Source of the DNA: Oligoflexia bacterium
GTDB taxonomy: Bacteria; Bdellovibrionota; UBA1018
Assembly: GCA_043732485.1 (NCBI GenBank)
Contig: JAYTHP010000093.1
Location: 1 to 14,488, forward strand
Length of the DNA stretch: 14,488 bases
Direction: 5' to 3'
A program made the position numbers and the translations under genes. The notes below the pieces were generated by a model. That model searched no databases. It worked only from the letters and a program-made list of their open reading frames with translations, and was not told the origin of the DNA. Each line of letters opens with the position of its first letter. The first letter of the stretch is position 1. This document shows, in pieces, positions 8,679 to 14,488 of this stretch.

Positions 8679-8829
8679 AAGATGGTGACTCAAGCTTCAT
8701 GAAAGCATGAGCTCTGTCGGTGGGCATAGACTGAGGTGGGAATGAGGCAAAAACAAGGGGTTGAGAGGAGATACCGAAACCTCCTGGCTGTATAAGGTGT
8801 GTCAAAGACTGAGAGGGAGAAACAAAAGT

Positions 8830-8914
8830 TGGTGCGGTCGGACGGATTTGAACCGTCACACCTTTCGGCATACGCCCCTCAAGCGTACGTGTCTACCAAT
8901 TTCACCACGACCGC
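8830..8914 (-). tRNA. tRNA-Leu (anticodon GAG), 85 nt, encoded CCA
   Basis: Minus strand GCGGTCGTGGTGAAATTGGTAGACACGTACGCTTGAGGGGCGTATGCCGAAAGGTGTGACGGTTCAAATCCGTCCGACCGCACCA. Acceptor stem GCGGTCG/CGACCGC, anticodon stem TACGC/GCGTA, long variable arm and TTCAAAT T-loop. Confidence 0.98.
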
Positions 8915-8929
8915 AAAAGAATCTTTTGC

Positions 8930-8958
8930 AAAGTAAACTGTCAGTGCCGGCCTGTCAA
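8930..8958 (-). promoter_or_regulatory. sigma70 promoter of tRNA-Leu
   Basis: Minus strand TTGACA (8958-8953) - 17 nt - TACTTT (8935-8930), ending 15 nt upstream of the mature tRNA 5' end. Confidence 0.8.
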
Positions 8959-9172
8959 GCGCCAAAGTGAACTTAAAAGAAGTGTGACCGCACGCTCCCT
9001 GGATCAGCGGGTCTTTACGATCCTACTCGCTGCTGGGTCTTTTTCTTTCACCCGGAGGTTTCCTGTGCCTTCAGATTTGCCAATGTGCTGAGATCCTCCC
9101 GCTAGGGATCCCTAAAGCTTAGCTGCTGAGCGGGATATTTTTTTGCTCATTGGCTCAGTCTGTCCAGTTTTG

Positions 9173-10258
9173 ATGGCGCCCAACCTTAACTCGTTGAGAC
9201 TGCTTATGGTTTTATCCTGCTTGAGTTTTTTAAAAACTTTAAACTAATTTAATACCGTTGGTTTGTCATTTGCCAACAGTCCTTTAAAGAGTAAGATTTC
9301 TCAGGATTTTAAAGAGTTAACCGTTTTCAATGGAAAGCTGAGTCAAAAAAAGACTCAAAACGAAATTGCGCTCCATGAAAAAGAAGAAGAACAATTCGGA
9401 TGTCAGTCTTTTACGCATGAGTTGAGGTGGGGGACGAGGCAATTTTACCGGCTAAATGACACGTCGAGGGTTCTTGCCCCCCTCCTAGAACGTGTTCGGA
9501 CCTCTAAAGATCAGGCAGTGTTGAGCAATACGGCTGCTGCGGATACCCACGCTCAGGCTGCTGAATTTTTTAAAAATTTTAAAATCAAGCACGCTGATCA
9601 CTCTCCCCTTGCAGCTGAGGAGTTTGAGCAAAAGCAGTATCATGAAGGAAATTTAAAAAAATTATCGTTACAAGCCATTCAAGATAGTAAGCTTGCTGAG
9701 GCAAATCAAAGCGAGGCCTCAAAGCATATTATTGGCAATGCTCTTGACGCAGACAATCTTTTCGTCAGACTGAAGAAGAAAGTCAACTATGTTACTAGTA
9801 AATTATATTCTTCAGGCGGAAACTTAAACGAGAGTAACAATCAGTACGAAATGCAGCTCCATGAAAAAGAATCAAAAAAATTCAACACCCGAGCTCACGT
9901 TCATAGCGCCCTGTGGGAAGGCGCTTGGTTCGAAAGAAGCAATCTTGACGCAAAAGTTCCTACTGAGCCCAAGCAAAATAGCTTGCGATCGAGAGATTTA
10001 GCCGAGAAAAGCAACAAGTTGGCTGCTCAATCCCATCTTGAGGCTGCCGGCCTTGCTCTCGGATTTAAAAAAAAGTACCCTCATAATGCTCCGATGAGTG
10101 CTGAAGATCTTGAGAAAAAGAAGACCTCCGAAGAAAAAGAAAAAACTTTATCATGGCAAGCAACTCAAAATACCCATAGTGCGGACGACGATCTCAGCAA
10201 AGCTGATAAGTATATTTGGCTGAAGATCAATGATATAAAAGCAGGATCCGTGAAGTGA
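9173..10258 (+). CDS. Hypothetical alpha-helical protein with two tandem 162-aa repeats; the N-terminal signal peptide is interrupted by an in-frame stop (possible pseudogene)
   Basis: ORF 9263-10258 aligns to itself without gaps at a 162-aa offset. The same frame extends upstream to ATG 9173: MAPNLNSLRLLMVLSCLSFLKTLN*FNTVGLSFANS, with TAA at 9245-9247. Confidence 0.7.
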
Positions 10259-10351
10259 CCGTCCTGATCTCCAATCGCCAGATCCTCCCTTTGAAGGCAA
10301 GGTGGGTTTGCTCTTAAACGGTTACGTACGGTTGGTTTAGCTCAGTTCGCC

Positions 10352-11191
10352 CTAGTGCTCAAATCTCACCCCAAAGTAAAACGAATAGCCTGTGATTGCA
10401 GTATAGGAAACGCTGCCTTGCAGACCCTTCATCTCGGCAATGAGATAGGTTCTCAAGATTTTGCTGTTGAGATAGAAGTGACTGGCCGAGTTTTGGTCAA
10501 TGCCATTGAGCAACAGCCAAAGACCCACTGACGGTCCGCGCAAAACTGACCAGGCATTTTGATCTTTGAAAAGCGTGCGCAGCAGTTCGTACTGATAGGC
10601 AACCGTGGGCACCAAAATCTGCTCGCGAAAAAACCGTGCCTGATAGCGAATCGAAATGCCGGTGGAGACGATCGTAAGTAAACTATCGTTGCCTCCAAAA
10701 TAGGGATACACGTGCAACGAGCCACCAAGCGAGAAGACGCCAAAAGGCTGCAAAAAGGCTGGCTGATATTCAGCAAGCGCACCGAAGGCGATGGCTTGAT
10801 TGTTGTTTTGGGAGGGGTGGAGTGCTTGACCGCCAAACGATTGTAAGCTTGACTCGATTTGCCACCCCCACTCGGGACGAAGCAGTTGATAGCTTGCTCC
10901 CCGCTCTTTTGGTACGCCCCTGGGCGGTGCAACGGCAAGAGAAGAGACAGGCTGAGAAAGCAAAGAAGGCGGTGTTGTCGTGACCGGCGACGGCGAGGAA
11001 ACGGGCAAAGGGTGAGCATCGATAGCCGTAGCTTCTTCACTCGAAGCGGGGGTAAGCGGGTCATCTGCGTAAGTAGGTGTGAGGAGCAACAGGCATGCGT
11101 GGCCACCTAACGCGAGGACAGAAGCAAAGACTGCTGCGGCCCGAGTTTTGCCTGCTTTTGCAGTCTGATTGAAGACTTTTGGCTTGTTCAT
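10352..11191 (-). CDS. Secreted hypothetical protein, probable outer-membrane beta-barrel with an N-terminal Ser/Thr/Pro-rich linker
   Basis: Signal-peptide-like KTRAAAVFASVLALGGHACLLLLTPTYA-DD, linker PLPVSSPSPVTTTPPSLLSQPVSS, alternating aromatic strands (ISIRYQARFF, VAYQYE) and a C-terminal beta-signal-like YSFYFGVRFEH. The start is ATG 11191 or 11215. Confidence 0.7.
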   Translation of the reverse strand: MNKPKVFNQTAKAGKTRAAAVFASVLALGGHACLLLLTPTYADDPLTPASSEEATAIDAHPLPVSSPSPVTTTPPSLLSQPVSSLAVAPPRGVPKERGASYQLLRPEWGWQIESSLQSFGGQALHPSQNNNQAIAFGALAEYQPAFLQPFGVFSLGGSLHVYPYFGGNDSLLTIVSTGISIRYQARFFREQILVPTVAYQYELLRTLFKDQNAWSVLRGPSVGLWLLLNGIDQNSASHFYLNSKILRTYLIAEMKGLQGSVSYTAITGYSFYFGVRFEH

Positions 11192-11195
11192 TTGC

Positions 11196-11237
11196 TTTTC
11201 GTCATCTTCTTTCATCCTTTTTTTTCGTCATCTTCTT
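11196..11237. repeat. Perfect 16-bp direct repeat TTTTCGTCATCTTCTT x2
   Basis: Copies at 11196-11211 and 11222-11237 (26-bp period) at the 5' end of the minus-strand barrel gene. Confidence 0.85.
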
Positions 11238-11497
11238 GGAATCAGACGCATTTTTAACCTACGGTGCGCACTGCTCACCACCACCACCGACGACGAGCAA
11301 GCCTACGGGAGCGAGGCTGCTTGAAGCCTTACTTTCCTTCATCCTACGATAGAATCGAAAAAATCTGGACTTTTTTTTAAGAGCGCGTAACAAAACCATT
11401 GCTGCTTGCGCCTCTCTAATCGTGTTAGGGTTTTCAAAAAGTCTTAGGTTTGCTAGCAACACAAGCCTCGAAGAATAGAAAAACTTTAAGGAAAGGT

Positions 11498-12445
11498 ATG
11501 ATGGAAGCGCCTCATCACGAGAAGCACGATCCGAAGCAAGAAGTCTCGTTCTCCCGGGCCTTAAAACTCTTTTTAGGTCATTTGGCGGCCGCGGGGAAAG
11601 CCAACCACACGCTGCAGAGCTATCAGCTTGATTTGCAGTCTTTTGATCATTTTTTGCAGTCCCAGTACGGTAAAAATCTCCCTAATCTCAAGCAGTTACC
11701 TCCCAGCGATTTTGCAGCGTTTCGACAAGCGCTGATCGCCCAGGGCTTAAAGACCAATACCCGCAGACGCAAATTACTGACGCTCACCCAGTTCCTCAAA
11801 TACATTGCGTTGCGGCTGGAGGGCGCACCCGAGTTGGCACAAAAAAGAGCCGTTCCCTATAAACTGGAAAGAGTCCCTTTTACCGTTCCGCTGCCACCCT
11901 TGATCGCTCAGCTCACGGGACTTCCTACCGCCTCGCTCTTAGAAAATCGCAATCGCTTGCTGTTATGGACCATGGCTGAGAGTGGTTGCTTGGTGAGTGA
12001 GCTGCCCGAGGTCCGCTTTCAAGACTGGAGCCTGGATGCCACCGGGCAATGGAATCTACATTTTGCTGGCAAAAACCTGAGAAACGTGGCTGTTTCTCAA
12101 CCTTTGAGCCGAGCGGTTCGTGAGTTTGAAGCAACCGCCCGGGACGCTTCTTGGATCTTTTTTGGCTTTAATCGCTTTGGATCCTTAGGTTCACCGATCA
12201 GCGTGCGGGGGATCGAACTGATGGTGCGCCATTACTCCCTAGTGCTCAACATTCCGCAGCTGACCGCAAGGACCATTCGCCACTCAGTCATCTTGCATTG
12301 GCTGCAAGAGGGCGTGCCGGAAAAAGAGATCATGCAGCGTCTAGGTCTCAAGTCAACCTATGCCTTTCGCTCTTATCAATCCTTACTCAGCAAACCTGAA
12401 GCAGCGCCTGATTCTAGCGAGGCTGCGACCCTTGATTTGCTTTAA
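11498..12445 (+). CDS. XerC/XerD-like tyrosine recombinase family protein with non-canonical active site
   Basis: N-terminal SAM-like domain (ANHTLQSYQLDLQSF; LKTNTRRRKLLTLTQFLKY), box I RNRLLLWTMAESGCLVSEL and box II LTARTIRHSVILHWLQEG...IMQRLGLKSTYAFRSY. ATG 11498/11501 follows AAGGAAAGG. Confidence 0.9.
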   Translation: MMEAPHHEKHDPKQEVSFSRALKLFLGHLAAAGKANHTLQSYQLDLQSFDHFLQSQYGKNLPNLKQLPPSDFAAFRQALIAQGLKTNTRRRKLLTLTQFLKYIALRLEGAPELAQKRAVPYKLERVPFTVPLPPLIAQLTGLPTASLLENRNRLLLWTMAESGCLVSELPEVRFQDWSLDATGQWNLHFAGKNLRNVAVSQPLSRAVREFEATARDASWIFFGFNRFGSLGSPISVRGIELMVRHYSLVLNIPQLTARTIRHSVILHWLQEGVPEKEIMQRLGLKSTYAFRSYQSLLSKPEAAPDSSEAATLDLL

Positions 12446-13764
12446 ACCCAGCTCTTAAACCACATCCAGGCACGAAAGCTCAGGGTGGGGATCTTCAGGC
12501 CTGCTAGGATCGGGAAGAAATACAAGAAGAGCAGGAAAACGCCTGAAAAGTAGACCCACTTCAGCCAAGCACGGTACTTCCCGCCTTTCAGCTCGTCGTA
12601 ATGAAAGATGTAGGCCAGCGCAAAGCTGAGTAACATCCCAGAGGGGTAGTAATAATAGTAAAACAGAATTTTTCGCGGGATAAAGTACCAGCAAACGTAG
12701 CAGATCAGATAGAAGTAGCAGATGAACAAGGCGTTCATTCGTTGCGTGCGGATACCATCCCAGAAGCAGGCAATCAGCGCCAAAAGCCCGCTCCACATGA
12801 TCAGCGGGTTGCCAAGCAACAACACCCCGCGGACAAAGGCATCATTCGTCGGCTCCCGCTCAAAGGCATACCAAATCGGTCGCCCTAGAAGGGGCCAATC
12901 CAGCCACTGACTCATATAGGGGTGGGAGCTCACCACTCTGAGCTGGTCGCTCCACATCCGTTTTTGCATGAGAACCACCACGCTATAGAACGAGCACGGC
13001 ACGTCTTTTAAGAAACAGTAGGGGATAAACGTCAGATAGTAGAACACCACCGGTACCAGGAAAAGAAGCACAAAAAACTCAAGCATGCTGACTTTTTTCC
13101 AAAGATTTTTCCGGTACCAAGCCTCTTGTGGCAAATGGGTGGGCGGGTGACTGGAGATTTGAAAATCCACCGTTTGTAAAACTTTCACTAGCACCACCCA
13201 ACCTAAGCACCCGAACCAGGGAATGAGCGAAAACCATTTACAAGCCATAGCGAGCCCAAAACAAGCGCCTGCAAAAAACAGCAGCCGGAGGGATTGTGGG
13301 CGCGTCCAGCGCGGGGCCCAGGTGGTCGTAAAGGCGGTGAGCCCCCAGATCAGGAAGCAAAACATGAAGGTGTCGAGCATCCCAATCCGGGCTTGGACGT
13401 AAAGCAGCTGATTAAAAAGGGTAATCAGCGCAATCCAAAGCGCAGTGCTTTGCTTACCAAACAAAACCCAGCCCATAAGATACATGCCAACCAGGGTCAG
13501 TGCGCCAAAAACGGTGCTCATCAGGCGCCAGCCAAACGGCCTGTCGCCGCCGACTGCCACCCCGACGGTCATCAGTAACTTGCCGAGTGGGGGATGCTCC
13601 CAGTTTTTTGGCTCTTCGCGCTCAAGCAAGCGGCGAACCACCGGAATATAATGAGCTTCATCAAAGCTGTATTTGAGGGGAAACTGGACATAGATCAGGA
13701 AAAAAAGTTGACTCAGTCCGTATAAAATAAAAGAAGTGATCCAAATTTGACGTCGCACAGCCAT
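12442..13764 (-). CDS. Phospholipid-carrier-dependent glycosyltransferase, PMT / protein O-mannosyltransferase family (GT39-like)
   Basis: FDEAHY (DE motif), EHPPLGKLL, FGWRLMS, ARIGMLD, ACKW, HPYMSQWLDWPLLGRPIWY, GNPLIMW and LFYYYYYP, with many TM segments. Confidence 0.9.
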   Translation of the reverse strand: MAVRRQIWITSFILYGLSQLFFLIYVQFPLKYSFDEAHYIPVVRRLLEREEPKNWEHPPLGKLLMTVGVAVGGDRPFGWRLMSTVFGALTLVGMYLMGWVLFGKQSTALWIALITLFNQLLYVQARIGMLDTFMFCFLIWGLTAFTTTWAPRWTRPQSLRLLFFAGACFGLAMACKWFSLIPWFGCLGWVVLVKVLQTVDFQISSHPPTHLPQEAWYRKNLWKKVSMLEFFVLLFLVPVVFYYLTFIPYCFLKDVPCSFYSVVVLMQKRMWSDQLRVVSSHPYMSQWLDWPLLGRPIWYAFEREPTNDAFVRGVLLLGNPLIMWSGLLALIACFWDGIRTQRMNALFICYFYLICYVCWYFIPRKILFYYYYYPSGMLLSFALAYIFHYDELKGGKYRAWLKWVYFSGVFLLFLYFFPILAGLKIPTLSFRAWMWFKSWV

Positions 13765-13770
13765 TTTTTT

Positions 13771-13800
13771 AATTTAGAACTGGCCAAAGCTTTGGGTCAA
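13771..13800 (-). promoter_or_regulatory. Candidate sigma70 promoter for the PMT gene (leaderless geometry), with a 12-bp palindrome in the spacer
   Basis: Minus strand TTGACC (13800-13795) - 18 nt - TAAATT (13776-13771) - AAAAAA - ATG (13764). Palindrome CCAAAGCTTTGG at 13784-13795. Confidence 0.55.
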
Positions 13801-13847
13801 GGAAACATTTGATAAAACTTGAGAAATTCGCTATTTGTAAAGAATCT

Positions 13848-14384
13848 ATGATTGCCAAAAATGACCCTTGTTCCTGTGGTAGCCGTAAAAAATACAAACG
13901 CTGTTGTGGAGCAGAAGAAAAGCCACTTGCTGCCCCGCAAACCCCTGCGATGGGGGGATTTGACCCGTCGCAGTTTGATCCCTCGCGTCTGGATCCTGAC
14001 ATGATGCAGCAAATGCAAAAAGCCATTAAGCGATTGCCCCGGGGGCAAGTGATGCAAATGCAAAACCTGATGCAAAAAGCTATGCGCGGTGAGGACATTG
14101 CTTCGGTGGCTGACCAGTTTGAAAAGACTTTGCCCGCTGATTTTCAAGAATTGATGCGCGGTTTGGCTTTTCAAGCGGCGGCGCAACAAGCGGAGGTCCC
14201 TGCTGCACCCGTGCCGACTCAAGAAGAGATGGATCTTGAAGAGGCCCGTCAGGTGGTGGCGGCTGCAATGGAAGCGGGATCGTTATCGCGCACGGAAGGC
14301 GAAGAGCTGCTGCAAAGCAAGGAGCCGAATGCTCCGGCTGCAGCCAAAGCGCGTTCATGGCCCAAGTGGCTAGGAAAGAAATAA
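13848..14384 (+). CDS. SEC-C metal-binding motif protein with a Met/Gln-rich helical region
   Basis: ATG 13848 gives MIAKNDPCSCGSRKKYKRCCG (canonical SEC-C), then FDPSQFDPSRLDPDMMQQMQKAIKRLPRGQVMQMQNLMQKAM. Confidence 0.85.
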   Translation: MIAKNDPCSCGSRKKYKRCCGAEEKPLAAPQTPAMGGFDPSQFDPSRLDPDMMQQMQKAIKRLPRGQVMQMQNLMQKAMRGEDIASVADQFEKTLPADFQELMRGLAFQAAAQQAEVPAAPVPTQEEMDLEEARQVVAAAMEAGSLSRTEGEELLQSKEPNAPAAAKARSWPKWLGKK

Positions 14385-14488
14385 CTTGAAACTGCCAAAC
14401 CTGGTGGGTTTGCTACAACTACTTCCGCTGCCAGGGGCACCCTTAGGCGCGAGCGAAAATCCGGCTAAGTTACTGCAGGCGGCAGGCC

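Noticed and set aside
8766..8785. Hairpin AGGAGGT-TTCGGT-ATCTCCT (minus strand) downstream of the tRNA as a terminator
   Set aside because: No U-tract directly follows the stem, so it is too weak to call.
8656..8970. ORFs 8656-8871 (-) and 8761-8970 (+)
   Set aside because: Both overlap the tRNA-Leu gene and are spurious.
894..9247. Two in-frame TAA codons (894-896 and 9245-9247) suggesting stop-codon reassignment
   Set aside because: aguA, aguB, the xer-like gene, PMT and the SEC-C gene all end at TAA at plausible C-termini, and the LRR relic also has frameshifts.
10453..11106. 217-aa alternative-frame ORF nested in the barrel gene
   Set aside because: Arg/Cys/Ser-rich composition typical of an off-frame read, with no recognisable motif or RBS.
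11263..11290. GGTGCGCA upstream of the xer-like gene matches the start of the E. coli dif XerC arm
   Set aside because: Only 8 nt match. The following TAA, the 6-bp spacer and the TTATGTTAAAT XerD arm are absent.
8830..12445. tRNA-Leu plus tyrosine recombinase as an integrated genomic island
   Set aside because: I found no duplicate of the tRNA 3' end in the window. The recombinase is on the tRNA's 5' side about 2.6 kb away, is catalytically non-canonical and has no mobile cargo.
14395..14488. Hairpin CAAACC-TGGTG-GGTTTG after the SEC-C gene, and an open minus-strand frame running in from the window edge
   Set aside because: The hairpin lacks a U-tract, and the edge frame is too short and featureless to identify.
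1..14488. CRISPR array, IS/transposase, rRNA, prophage or defence system
   Set aside because: No regularly spaced repeat-spacer pattern, terminal inverted repeats or diagnostic protein motifs were seen.

Overview
Bacterial chromosomal window of mostly housekeeping and envelope genes; the gene content suggests a Gram-negative, possibly Bdellovibrionota-like organism (inference only). In order: the 3' part of a CheX-like gene; about 1 kb of decayed DNA (an LRR pseudogene and a probable convergent pseudogene); a TPR + SLT lytic transglycosylase; a putative Na+/H+ antiporter followed by aguA-aguB (agmatine to putrescine); a small membrane protein; a DEAD-box helicase with a long structured leader; tRNA-Leu(GAG) with a near-consensus sigma70 promoter; an orphan protein made of two gapless 162-aa repeats whose signal peptide is cut off by an in-frame TAA; a secreted beta-barrel-like protein with a Ser/Thr/Pro linker; an intact Xer-like tyrosine recombinase with three catalytic residues replaced (L-R-R-L-Y instead of R-H-R-H-Y); a PMT-family protein O-mannosyltransferase that appears leaderless; and an N-terminal SEC-C protein. 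I saw no CRISPR array, IS element or prophage. The best leads are the non-canonical recombinase, the PMT with a candidate substrate nearby, and the His-conserving tandem-domain orphan. No new multi-gene system can be established from sequence alone.
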